Shown: piece after piece, positions 18,106-27,105 of the stretch
Numbering within the stretch: position 1 is the stretch's first letter
Layout: every line of letters begins with the position of its first letter
Source of the DNA: Candidatus Saccharimonadota bacterium
Lineage (GTDB): Bacteria; Patescibacteriota; Saccharimonadia; Saccharimonadales; Saccharimonadaceae
DNA: 32,000 bases
Assembly (NCBI GenBank): GCA_039920285.1
Contig: JBDSDX010000001.1
Span: 390,001-422,000, forward strand
Reading direction: 5' to 3'
The notes under the pieces: model-generated
Database searches by the model: none
Told to the model about the DNA's origin: nothing
Seen by the model: only the letters and a program-made list of their open reading frames with translations
Position numbers and translations under genes: made by a program

Positions 18106-18133
18106 ACTGCTTCATTCGTGGAGTGGTTTTTGT
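18106..18133 (+). terminator. rho-independent terminator after tRNA-Leu
   Basis: ACTGCTTCA-TTCG-TGGAGTGGT (9 bp with three G.U pairs, UUCG loop), followed by TTTTT. Confidence 0.55.
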
Positions 18134-18217
18134 TTAAGGAGACCCTCAAAGGGTTGATTAAAAAGCTTATCTATGCTTTAATTACAGATAAGGAAGCCCG
18201 TTAATGGGCATATTTTT

Positions 18218-20035
18218 ATGAAAGACCCACAACAAATTCGAAACATCGCTATTATTGCTCACGTCGACCACGGAAAGACGACATTGCTTGACGGACTCTT
18301 AAAGCAAAGTAATACATTCCGCTCTAATCAAGCTGAAATGGAACAATCACTGATCATGGATAGTGGTGACCAGGAACACGAACGTGGGATCACGATTACT
18401 GCCAAGCAGACCGCTGTCTACTACAAAGATTATAAGATCAATATTGTCGACACCCCAGGACACGCCGACTTCTCAGGCGAAGTTGAACGAACCCTCAATA
18501 TGGCTGACGGTGTCCTTTTGATCGTTGATGCTCAAGAAGGTCCAATGCCTCAAACGAAGTTCGTTTTGTCTAAAGCACTTGAACTTGGATTGAAGCCAGT
18601 TGTTGTTATTAACAAGATCGACAAACCATCACGCCGTATCGAAGAGGTGATTGATGAAGTATCTGAACTTTTCTTGGAACTCGCTATCAGCGACGACCAA
18701 CTCCATTATCCTGTCTACTACGCGATTGGTCGTGAAGGCAAGGCATGGCCTGAACTCCCTGAAAACACCGATCTTCATACTGATCTGACGCCTATCTTTG
18801 AAGCGATTATTAACGATATTCCTGCGCCAACAGCTAAGGTTGACGGACCATTCCAGATGCTCGTGACCTCTCTTTACTATGATTCATTCCTCGGTAAATA
18901 CGCTATCGGCCGTATCTCTCGTGGAAAAATCAACAAAAGTCAGCCGATTGTCCTTATTAAGCGTGACGGTTCAGTCGTTTCTGCGAAAATCGACAAACTT
19001 TTCGCTTACCGTGGCCTTCAACGCGAAGAAATTACCGAAGCAGGTGCTGGTGATATTGTTGCACTCACTGGAATTTCAGACGCTCATATTGGTGAAACGA
19101 TCACAGACAAAGAACACCCTGATGCACTTCCTGTTATTGACATTGAAGCACCGACACTCAGTATGTATCTTGGTCCAAACACGAGCCCACTCAAGGGTAA
19201 AGAAGCGAAATATAACACGAGTCGACAAATTGGTGATCGTCTTCGTCAGGAAACTGAAACTAACGTATCACTTCGTGTTCGCGAAGAAGGAATCGGTTTC
19301 GTTGTTTCTGGACGTGGCGAACTTCACCTGTCAGTGTTGATTGAAACACTTCGCCGTGAAGATTTCGAATTTGAAGTCGGTCGACCTCAAGCCGTTACTA
19401 TCGAAGAAGAGGGTATCACAAAAGAACCTGTTGAAGAACTTTTGGTTGAAGTCGGTGCTGAATTCCTCGGTGCTGTGAGCCAAGAACTTGGTACTCGTCG
19501 CGCAACTCCTATCAAACAAGAGCAGACAAGTAGTGGAACAACTCGTTCAACCTACATTATTCCAACTCGTGCAATGATCGGTCTTCGTAACCTGCTTTTG
19601 ACTGCAACCAAGGGAACAGTTATTATGAACAGCTTGCCTCACGGATACCAACCACTTGGTGCGAAACTCCAACAAACTCGTAACGGTGCATTGGTTGCGA
19701 CCGAAGCTGGTGCAACAACCGCTTTCTCACTCGATAATGCATCTGCACGTGGTGAACTGTTCGTTGGCCCTGGCACAACTGTCTATCAAGGTATGATTGT
19801 CGGTATGTATAACCGCGGCGGTGACCTCGATGTGAACGTCTGTCGTGGAAAACAACTGACTAATATGCGTACGTCATCAAGTGATGGAACGATTCAGTTG
19901 ACACCATTTACCGACCTTAGTCTCGAACAGTCTATCGACTTTATTGAAGACGATGAACTTCTCGAAGTCACACCAAAGAGCGTTCGTCTCCGTAAACGAT
20001 TCCTCGACCCGAACCAGCGCAAACGTAACAAATAG
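18218..20035 (+). CDS. typA: translational GTPase TypA/BipA
   Basis: 605-aa ORF with G-domain motifs [17 protein letters not shown] and NKID, then EF-G-like domains and a BipA-type C-terminus. Confidence 0.95.
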   Translation: MKDPQQIRNIAIIAHVDHGKTTLLDGLLKQSNTFRSNQAEMEQSLIMDSGDQEHERGITITAKQTAVYYKDYKINIVDTPGHADFSGEVERTLNMADGVLLIVDAQEGPMPQTKFVLSKALELGLKPVVVINKIDKPSRRIEEVIDEVSELFLELAISDDQLHYPVYYAIGREGKAWPELPENTDLHTDLTPIFEAIINDIPAPTAKVDGPFQMLVTSLYYDSFLGKYAIGRISRGKINKSQPIVLIKRDGSVVSAKIDKLFAYRGLQREEITEAGAGDIVALTGISDAHIGETITDKEHPDALPVIDIEAPTLSMYLGPNTSPLKGKEAKYNTSRQIGDRLRQETETNVSLRVREEGIGFVVSGRGELHLSVLIETLRREDFEFEVGRPQAVTIEEEGITKEPVEELLVEVGAEFLGAVSQELGTRRATPIKQEQTSSGTTRSTYIIPTRAMIGLRNLLLTATKGTVIMNSLPHGYQPLGAKLQQTRNGALVATEAGATTAFSLDNASARGELFVGPGTTVYQGMIVGMYNRGGDLDVNVCRGKQLTNMRTSSSDGTIQLTPFTDLSLEQSIDFIEDDELLEVTPKSVRLRKRFLDPNQRKRNK

Positions 20036-20101
20036 AACACTCATCTATTTGATGGGTTTCACTTTCAATCTACTCATGCTTAACTGGGAGCAGAGTATCG
20101 C

Positions 20102-21691
20102 ATGCCAAAATATATAGATCAAAATCTCGATGTAATAAAAAGTTCACTTGTCATGACGGCAGGACTTTTAATACGTGCGAAACGAAAGGGTCCAGATGAA
20201 CTTCTGGGTGATTTGTTTTGGGAGGTTCAGAAACAGCAGATTTACGCTGATGGTAAAACATTTGTTGATCTCGTTCCAAAGAAGCGCATCGGTGCGATTC
20301 AACAAGAGTACGCACTATTAAAGGAAGATCCCAACTTCGACCTTCGTGAATTTATTGGTCGTCATTTTTATGATCTTGCAACAACGGTTCATAAAAAAGA
20401 TCCGTTTATTGTGAATCCATATGATTCGATCGAAGAACACATAGGTAAGCTATGGACCTATCTTGAACGACGCAATCGTATCGATAGGGGCTCATTGATC
20501 GCACTCCCACACAAATATATTGTGCCTGGAGGGCGTTTCAGTGAACAGTTTTATTGGGATAGTTACTTCATCATGATCGGTTTAGCCGCAGGTGATAAGT
20601 GGTCCGAAGTTGAATCAATGCTCAAAAACTTCGCGTACATGATTCGTAAATATGGATATATACCTACTGCCAATCGAACTTATTTCTTGAGTCGTTCACA
20701 GCCACCTTTCTTTGTTATGATGGTGCGGCTACTCGCTGGACATAAAGGCAAGCGAGTCATTCGTGAGTATCTGCCACTACTCTTGATTGAATATCGATTT
20801 TGGATGCGTGGACGACTGAAGCTAGAGGAAACAGAGCATAATGCTTATCGTCGTGTTGTACAGATGCCGAATAAGACGTTATTGAATCGTTATTATGATA
20901 ATAAAGTAACCCCTCGTCCTGAATCGCTTCGAGAAGATACTGAAACAGCAGTCACGTCTGAAACACGAACACCTGATCGTTTATTCTTACACCTCCGTGC
21001 TGCTGCTGAGTCAGGTTGGGATTTTAGTTCTCGTTGGTTTAGGAATCCTAAAAATATACATACTATTCATACGGCTGATATTATTCCTGTCGATCTCAAT
21101 TCATTACTCTATATAATCGAAGAAACGATTGCTGATGGCTATAACACGCTTTTGCACCCGATTATGGTGCGCCGCTATCGAAAAAAAGCGGCCACTCGAA
21201 AAGAAGCAATCAACAGCTACCTTTGGAGTGAGAACCGTGGATTTTACATGGATTACAATTTTCATATTCATAAACGAACGAGCGTGATGAGCCTCGCTGC
21301 TGTCTTCCCACTTTATGCCGGTATTGCAACGGAGCGTCAAGCGAAACTTGTCGCTGAAAAACTAAAAGAAGAATTTTTGAGACCTGGTGGGCTCGTCACG
21401 ACACTCGAAGAGACAGGCCAGCAATGGGATAGTCCAAATGGTTGGGCGCCGTTGCAATGGATCGCCGTTGAAGGACTTCGTCGATATGGGTATGTCGATT
21501 TAGCTGAAGATGTGTCGGATAGGTGGATGGAATTAGTAGAGAAGGTGTTTAAGAAGACCCATCGTCTGATTGAAAAGTATGATGTCACAAGTGTTGATGG
21601 GCTCGGTGGGGGTGGTGAATACGTGCTTCAAGATGGCTTTGGTTGGACGAACGGCGTCTATATGGCGCTTAAAAAATCTTCTCGTTCTTAA
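20102..21691 (+). CDS. alpha,alpha-trehalase (glycoside hydrolase family 37)
   Basis: 529-aa ORF with GH37 signature blocks PGGRFSEQFYWDSYF and QWDSPNGWAPLQW, plus ESGWDFSSRW. Confidence 0.88.
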   Translation: MPKYIDQNLDVIKSSLVMTAGLLIRAKRKGPDELLGDLFWEVQKQQIYADGKTFVDLVPKKRIGAIQQEYALLKEDPNFDLREFIGRHFYDLATTVHKKDPFIVNPYDSIEEHIGKLWTYLERRNRIDRGSLIALPHKYIVPGGRFSEQFYWDSYFIMIGLAAGDKWSEVESMLKNFAYMIRKYGYIPTANRTYFLSRSQPPFFVMMVRLLAGHKGKRVIREYLPLLLIEYRFWMRGRLKLEETEHNAYRRVVQMPNKTLLNRYYDNKVTPRPESLREDTETAVTSETRTPDRLFLHLRAAAESGWDFSSRWFRNPKNIHTIHTADIIPVDLNSLLYIIEETIADGYNTLLHPIMVRRYRKKAATRKEAINSYLWSENRGFYMDYNFHIHKRTSVMSLAAVFPLYAGIATERQAKLVAEKLKEEFLRPGGLVTTLEETGQQWDSPNGWAPLQWIAVEGLRRYGYVDLAEDVSDRWMELVEKVFKKTHRLIEKYDVTSVDGLGGGGEYVLQDGFGWTNGVYMALKKSSRS

Positions 21692-22841
21692 GATCATCAG
21701 GCAAAAAGCCTTTATCGTGTTGGAAGTCGGCTTCCCATTTATAATCTTTTCCATAGCCGAGGTCTTTCATAAGTTTTGTTGGGGCATTGCGTAGATGAAT
21801 CGGTACAGGAGAATCAGGAAATTTTTTAGCGAGTGATTGGGCGCGGTTCATGGCATCGCTGGTTTGACGTGACTTCTCAGACTTAGCGAGTGCTGTTGCG
21901 ACGTGAAAGAGAATGTAGCTTGATTCAGGCATGCCAATACGTTCAACAGCTTGGAAGGCGTTTAGTGCCAGTCCTAAGGCACCATTACCAGCGAGTCCAA
22001 TATCTTCTGAAGCGAAAATTAACATACGACGAGCAATAAACTTAGGGTCTTCGCCAGCGTCGATCATACGAGCAAGATAATAGAGCGTCGCATCAACATT
22101 GCTGCCGCGCATACTTTTAATAAAGGCGCTAATAACGTTGTAGTGCGTCTCGCCCTTTTTGTCATAGCCGGGAACGCGTTTTTGCGCCGCAACTTTGACT
22201 GTTTCTGGTGTGACCTTTTTTGCCATCCCGAGTGCAAGCTCCAAGTTACCGAGTGCGACACGGGCGTCACCCCCAGATAGTTCAGCTAAATAATCTAAAG
22301 CATCAGCTGATACTCGTGACGTTGCTTTCTCGATCTTAAGGGCTCTTTTTGAGATATCGATAATCTCTTCTTTTGTTAACGGCTCTAAAACAAGCACACG
22401 GCTCCTGCTAAGGAGAGGGTTGATAACTTCGAAACTAGGGTTTTCAGTCGTTGCACCAATCAGCGTAATGAGTCCGGATTCAACATGAGGGAGAAAGGCA
22501 TCTTGCTGGGCTTTATTGAAGCGGTGAATTTCATCAACGAAGAGAATTGTCCTAAGTTGAAGGTTCCAGTTTTGACGTGCGTGTTCAACGACTTTTTCAA
22601 CGTCTTTCTTGCCGCTGGTAACAGCAGACATTTCCATGAATTCAGCACTGACTTCTTTGGCAATGATGCGTGCGAGCGTCGTTTTACCAGATCCGGGCGG
22701 ACCCCAAAGTATAAGACTAACTGGTTCTTTATTTTTGACGATTTGACGTAAGATTTCGCCGTTCCCTAAAAGATGGGTTTGCCCAATGACTTCGTCCAGT
22801 GTTTGAGGACGCATTCTCTCCGCTAATGGTACTCGATGCAT
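21669..22841 (-). CDS. rarA: replication-associated recombination protein A (RarA/MgsA AAA+ ATPase)
   Basis: [17 protein letters not shown], Walker [10 protein letters not shown], Walker [11 protein letters not shown], MgsA C-terminal domain. The ORF is open to 22946. ATG 22841 lies 6 nt after a minus-strand TATAAT (plus 22848-22853) and gives the canonical N-terminus. Its 3' end overlaps the trehalase 3' end by 23 nt. Confidence 0.9.
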   Translation of the reverse strand: MHRVPLAERMRPQTLDEVIGQTHLLGNGEILRQIVKNKEPVSLILWGPPGSGKTTLARIIAKEVSAEFMEMSAVTSGKKDVEKVVEHARQNWNLQLRTILFVDEIHRFNKAQQDAFLPHVESGLITLIGATTENPSFEVINPLLSRSRVLVLEPLTKEEIIDISKRALKIEKATSRVSADALDYLAELSGGDARVALGNLELALGMAKKVTPETVKVAAQKRVPGYDKKGETHYNVISAFIKSMRGSNVDATLYYLARMIDAGEDPKFIARRMLIFASEDIGLAGNGALGLALNAFQAVERIGMPESSYILFHVATALAKSEKSRQTSDAMNRAQSLAKKFPDSPVPIHLRNAPTKLMKDLGYGKDYKWEADFQHDKGFLPDDLKNEKIF

Positions 22842-22922
22842 ATCTCTATTATAACTCGTATGAAAAGCATGAGTGTCTTTACGCTTACTATCTGGGGAAC
22901 AGTGCCGTATAATAAGAGCAAT

Positions 22923-23681
22923 ATGAAGATTGTCCTTGAAGGCCAACTTGTTGAATATAAAGATGAAGGCAAAGGCAAGGTCGTTGTCCTACTTCATGGG
23001 TGGGGTCAAGATCACAAGTCTCTTGATGGTTTAGCTGCGCACCTCGTAAAACACTTCCGTGTCATTCGACTCGATTTTCCGGGATTTGGTGGGAGCCCGA
23101 AACCAACCAGCGATTGGTATATTGGTGAGTATGCTCGATTTATCGCCAGCTTTCTAAAGAAACTCGAAGTTAAGAATGTCTATACGCTTATCGGACATTC
23201 ATTTGGTGGTCGCGTCATCATCAAATCAATCGCTGAAAAATTAGTTGATCCACAAAAAGTTATTTTGATGGGTGCTGCTGGCGTAAAGCCACGCCAAAAT
23301 GTAAAAAAAGCTTTCTATAAGATTATCGCCAAGACTGGTAAAGCAGTCACGGCATTGCCAGGACTGCGCTTGATGCGCGAAGGGCTACGTCGTAAACTCT
23401 ATGCGTCAGCGGGTTCGATGGATTATTACAATGCTGCAGAAATGCGAACTATTTTTCAGCATACTATTGATGAAGACTTGCTCCCATTTGTGGAGCGTAT
23501 CACGCAACCTGCGCTACTCATTTGGGGTATCAGTGATACTGAGACACCCGTTGCTCAAGCACATGCCATGATGAGCAAATTAAAGAACGGTGAACTATTC
23601 ATTGTCGATAATGCTGGGCACTTTGTGTTTAATGATCAAGCTGAAGTCGTTGAAAAAAAGATTGATGAGTTTTTGGCATGA
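22923..23681 (+). CDS. alpha/beta-fold hydrolase
   Basis: HGWG oxyanion motif and GHSFGG nucleophile elbow; a C-terminal His region is present. The ORF is open from 22836, but ATG 22923 follows TATAAT (22908-22913) by 9 nt. Its stop overlaps the next start (ATGA). Confidence 0.8.
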   Translation: MKIVLEGQLVEYKDEGKGKVVVLLHGWGQDHKSLDGLAAHLVKHFRVIRLDFPGFGGSPKPTSDWYIGEYARFIASFLKKLEVKNVYTLIGHSFGGRVIIKSIAEKLVDPQKVILMGAAGVKPRQNVKKAFYKIIAKTGKAVTALPGLRLMREGLRRKLYASAGSMDYYNAAEMRTIFQHTIDEDLLPFVERITQPALLIWGISDTETPVAQAHAMMSKLKNGELFIVDNAGHFVFNDQAEVVEKKIDEFLA

Positions 23682-25111
23682 ATTATTATTTCCCGCGCCT
23701 CTATATAAACGCGCTTCTTTATATGTTACAAAACACTGAATATAAGTTACATGATTACTTTGCTTGGTGGTATCGGACGAATGATTTTCGAACAGTCATG
23801 AAGCGTCGCAGTCTTGAACGGACTCGAAAGATTAAGCTTTTACAGATGACACTATGGGGTGCATGGATACTTTTGACGTCGTGTGCGATTTTCTTGATCG
23901 CCATGGGTTTTATTACCCATGCATATGTCATTATTTTCCTGGGTGTACTTGTGCTCGTTATGACGCCACGTATGTTGGCGTATGGGATCACACTTCCACT
24001 TCTTGTGGGACGTGTACTCATTCAGCTTCCGAAAGAGCGAGCGATGATTCGAGAAGCAAAGAAGATACTCGCGAATCACTCTGCAACCAAGATTGCTATC
24101 GTGGGAAGCTACGGTAAAACGACAGTGAAAGAAATTTTAGGAACCGTTTTAGCAGAACATAAGAAGATAGCCGTCACACCTGGCAATATGAATACTGCAA
24201 TTGGTATCAGCCGTTTTGCAAAAAAACTTACCGGTGATGAAGAGATTCTAATTATTGAGTTTGGTGAAGAGAAGCCGGGTGATGTCTGGCACTTGGCACA
24301 ACTCACTCATCCTACTATGGCAGTTATGACGGGTATCAATGAGGCGCATCTTTCAAGCTTTAAATCGCTGAAACATACGACGGAGACAATTTTTGAAATC
24401 GTGACGTTTTTGGGACGAAAAGCCAAGATCTATAAAAATGGCGAGAGTAATATCTTGCTGGCTGAATTAAAAAAAGATGATCCGCTTCTGTATGACCGAC
24501 GCGGGGTTGATGGTTGGAAAGTACGAGACATCAATATCTCACTTGAACAGGGAACCAGCTTTACTGCTAAAAAAGGTGACAAGATCGTCCGTGTTCGTAC
24601 TGGCTTGATTGGACGACACAACATTGGACCGAGTGTCTTAGCGGTTTCAATAGCCGATAGCCTAGGTGTTTCGGTGAAGAACATTGAATCAGGACTAAAG
24701 AAAGTGACGCCATTCGAACACCGAATGGATCCGAAAAAAATTCATGGTGCGTGGATTATCGACGATACCTACAATGGGAATAGCGACGGCGTCGCGGCTG
24801 GCTTGGCACTTCTCAAGACACTTCCAGCTAAGCGACGTATTTATGTGACTCCCGGGCTGGTTGAAGTGGGAAGCAAGAATGAAGAAGTACATACATTGAT
24901 TGGAAAACAGATCGCGAGTAGTGCCGACATGGTCGTTTTGATGAATAATTCAGTCACCGATTTCATCGTCAGTGGTTTGAAAGCCAAGAAGTTCAAGGGC
25001 GAAATACTCGTTATAGATAACCCGCTTGATTTCTATACCAATATCGATCAATTTGTCGCTGCCGGCGATGTCGTCCTGATGCAGAACGACTGGACGGATA
25101 ACTACCAATAA
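23678..25111 (+). CDS. murF: Mur ligase family protein, MurF-like (UDP-MurNAc-tripeptide--D-Ala-D-Ala ligase-like) with an N-terminal two-TM hairpin
   Basis: 477 aa. P-loop VGSYGKTTVKEIL. Also TPGNMNTAIG, MTGINEAHL, DDTYNGN and a C-terminal Mur ligase domain. Hydrophobic segments at aa ~54-78 and ~82-104 replace the usual soluble N-terminal domain. Directly upstream of ddl. Confidence 0.75.
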   Translation: MNYYFPRLYINALLYMLQNTEYKLHDYFAWWYRTNDFRTVMKRRSLERTRKIKLLQMTLWGAWILLTSCAIFLIAMGFITHAYVIIFLGVLVLVMTPRMLAYGITLPLLVGRVLIQLPKERAMIREAKKILANHSATKIAIVGSYGKTTVKEILGTVLAEHKKIAVTPGNMNTAIGISRFAKKLTGDEEILIIEFGEEKPGDVWHLAQLTHPTMAVMTGINEAHLSSFKSLKHTTETIFEIVTFLGRKAKIYKNGESNILLAELKKDDPLLYDRRGVDGWKVRDINISLEQGTSFTAKKGDKIVRVRTGLIGRHNIGPSVLAVSIADSLGVSVKNIESGLKKVTPFEHRMDPKKIHGAWIIDDTYNGNSDGVAAGLALLKTLPAKRRIYVTPGLVEVGSKNEEVHTLIGKQIASSADMVVLMNNSVTDFIVSGLKAKKFKGEILVIDNPLDFYTNIDQFVAAGDVVLMQNDWTDNYQ

Positions 25112-25130
25112 ACTGGTATAATACATCTAT

Positions 25131-26261
25131 ATGAAAAAAACAGTAGCAGTATTCTTTGGAGGCCGTTCAACCGAACATGATATCTCTATTATCACCGCGC
25201 TGTCTTCGGTGATTAAACCACTCGAATTATCAAAGAAATTCACTGTCGTGCCTGTGTATATTACCAAGTCTGGTAAATGGGTGAGTGATGCTGCACTCAA
25301 AAACGTTGAACTCTACCGCACAAAACGAATTAATGAATTTGTTGAAAAAACAAAGCCAGTTCAGATGACATTCGATGGCGGCTTAATCTTAAATAAAAAA
25401 CGTATTGATGTCGCTTTCCCTTCGATGCACGGATCATATGGTGAAGACGGCTCATTGATGGGATTCCTTCGCATGGCGAACATTCCATTTGTCGGTGCCG
25501 ATATGGAAGCAAGTGTGGTTGCGATGGATAAAGTCCTCACAAAACAAGTTGCGGCCGCCAATGACATTCCTGTTTCGAAGTTTGTTTTCTTTTCACGCAC
25601 TGATGTTTTGGGTGACGTAAAAGAAGCAGTAAAAATCAGTATGAAAGAGCTCGACTTTCCATTATTCGTAAAACCTTCTCACCTGGGCTCAAGCATTGGG
25701 ATTAGTCGCGTGACGACACAAAAAGAATTAATCAACGCCCTTGAAGTCGCTGCTTATTATGATGAGAAAATTATTGTTGAAGAAGCAGTCAATAACTTAA
25801 TTGAAGTCACCGTTCCAATTATGGGTAACGATGTCCTCGAACCTGCTCTCGTCGAACGGCCCTTAACTCACTCTGAAGAATTCTTCGACTTTGAAACCAA
25901 GTACATTAATGGTGGTAAAAAAGGTGGTGGAAAATCTGGCGCACAAGGCTATAGTGAGCTACCAGCCGTTCTTCCCGGAAAACTCTATGATCAGTCAGTC
26001 GATGTTGCCAAAGCAGTCTACAAAGCAATTGGTGCAACCGGCATCTCACGCATTGATCTTCTGATCGACAGTAAGACATCAAAGGTCTACTTTAACGAAG
26101 TAAATCCACTCCCTGGAGACCTGTATCGTCATAACTGGCGTGCAGCCGGTACTTCATCAGTTGATCTTGTCACGAAGCTCGTCGATCTCGCCGAAAAGCG
26201 CTTCGTAGATAAACAAAATCTGAATACAACTTTTGACTCAAACTTCCTTCAACAGTTTTAA
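25131..26261 (+). CDS. ddl: D-alanine--D-alanine ligase
   Basis: 376-aa ORF. N-terminus VAVFFGGRSTEHDISI, plus HGSYGEDGSLMGFL, an ATP-grasp core and C-terminal EVN..PG. TATAAT at 25117-25122 ends 8 nt before the ATG. Confidence 0.92.
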   Translation: MKKTVAVFFGGRSTEHDISIITALSSVIKPLELSKKFTVVPVYITKSGKWVSDAALKNVELYRTKRINEFVEKTKPVQMTFDGGLILNKKRIDVAFPSMHGSYGEDGSLMGFLRMANIPFVGADMEASVVAMDKVLTKQVAAANDIPVSKFVFFSRTDVLGDVKEAVKISMKELDFPLFVKPSHLGSSIGISRVTTQKELINALEVAAYYDEKIIVEEAVNNLIEVTVPIMGNDVLEPALVERPLTHSEEFFDFETKYINGGKKGGGKSGAQGYSELPAVLPGKLYDQSVDVAKAVYKAIGATGISRIDLLIDSKTSKVYFNEVNPLPGDLYRHNWRAAGTSSVDLVTKLVDLAEKRFVDKQNLNTTFDSNFLQQF

Positions 26262-26292
26262 ATTGTTACAATAGAGAAAACAAGGAGGTTTT

Positions 26293-27066
26293 ATGTTTCT
26301 TATTTGGACTATAGTCATTGTCGTCGGTATCTTTATTCTTAGTGGACTAAAGGTGATCAATCAATATCAACGTGGTGTCGTTTTGACGCTTGGTAAATAC
26401 ACAGGTACTCGTCAACCAGGCCTGCGCGTCGTCGTTCCAATCATCCAAAAAATGATTCGGGTTGATATTCGTTCAACGCCAATTGATGTGCCGAAGCAAG
26501 AAGTGATCACGAAGGACAACGTCACCGCGGCGGTTGATGCTATCGTCTATATTCGCGTTGTCGATCCTGTAAAAGCAGTACTTGAAACAACCAACTATGT
26601 GTATGCAACGAGCCAATTTGCTCAGGCGGCTCTTCGTGATGTGACGGGTAACGTCGAGCTTGACGATTTGCTCTCGAAGCGTGAAGATATTAGTACTCAG
26701 ATCAAGGACATCGTCGACAAGCAGACCGACCAATGGGGTGTCGACATCGAAAACGTTCGTGTCCAGAACATTGAACTGCCACAAGACATGAAACGCGCCA
26801 TGGCGAAACAAGCTGAGGCAGAACGTGAACGCCGTGCGAACATTATTAACGCTGACGGTGAAAAACTAGCTGCACAAAATTTAGCAGATGCAGCTGAAAT
26901 CTTCTCGAAGATTCCTGGAGCACTGAACTTACGTACACTGGGAACTCTTGAGCGCATCAGTACTGAACCAAGCCAAAAGACGATGTTCTTATTCCCCGTT
27001 GAGATGATTGACGCTCTCCGTGGTATGAGTGGTGTACTGACCGGAAACAACAAAGACAAGAAGTAG
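26293..27066 (+). CDS. SPFH/band-7 (stomatin/prohibitin-like) membrane protein
   Basis: 257-aa ORF. N-terminal TM helix, the typical stretch V.QY.RGVV..LGKY......PGL....P, and a coiled-coil segment AEAERERRA. TACAAT promoter and AAGGAGG SD upstream. Confidence 0.88.
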   Translation: MFLIWTIVIVVGIFILSGLKVINQYQRGVVLTLGKYTGTRQPGLRVVVPIIQKMIRVDIRSTPIDVPKQEVITKDNVTAAVDAIVYIRVVDPVKAVLETTNYVYATSQFAQAALRDVTGNVELDDLLSKREDISTQIKDIVDKQTDQWGVDIENVRVQNIELPQDMKRAMAKQAEAERERRANIINADGEKLAAQNLADAAEIFSKIPGALNLRTLGTLERISTEPSQKTMFLFPVEMIDALRGMSGVLTGNNKDKK

Positions 27067-27105
27067 TCACTTTCACAACATAATGCCTATGCTAAAATAG
27101 GGATA

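Noticed and set aside
18136-18217. Hairpins upstream of typA (CTTATCT/AGATAAG; GCCC-gttaat-GGGC followed by ATATTTTT) as a riboswitch or attenuator.
   Set aside because: The stems are short (4-7 bp), no known leader motif was recognised, and the region also has to house the typA promoter. The evidence is insufficient.
26293-27066. SPFH/band-7 gene as part of an SPFH-NfeD pair or a defence module.
   Set aside because: No NfeD-like or nuclease/effector gene is adjacent. It has its own promoter and SD and is flanked by ddl and a pilin gene, so it looks like a stand-alone housekeeping membrane scaffold.
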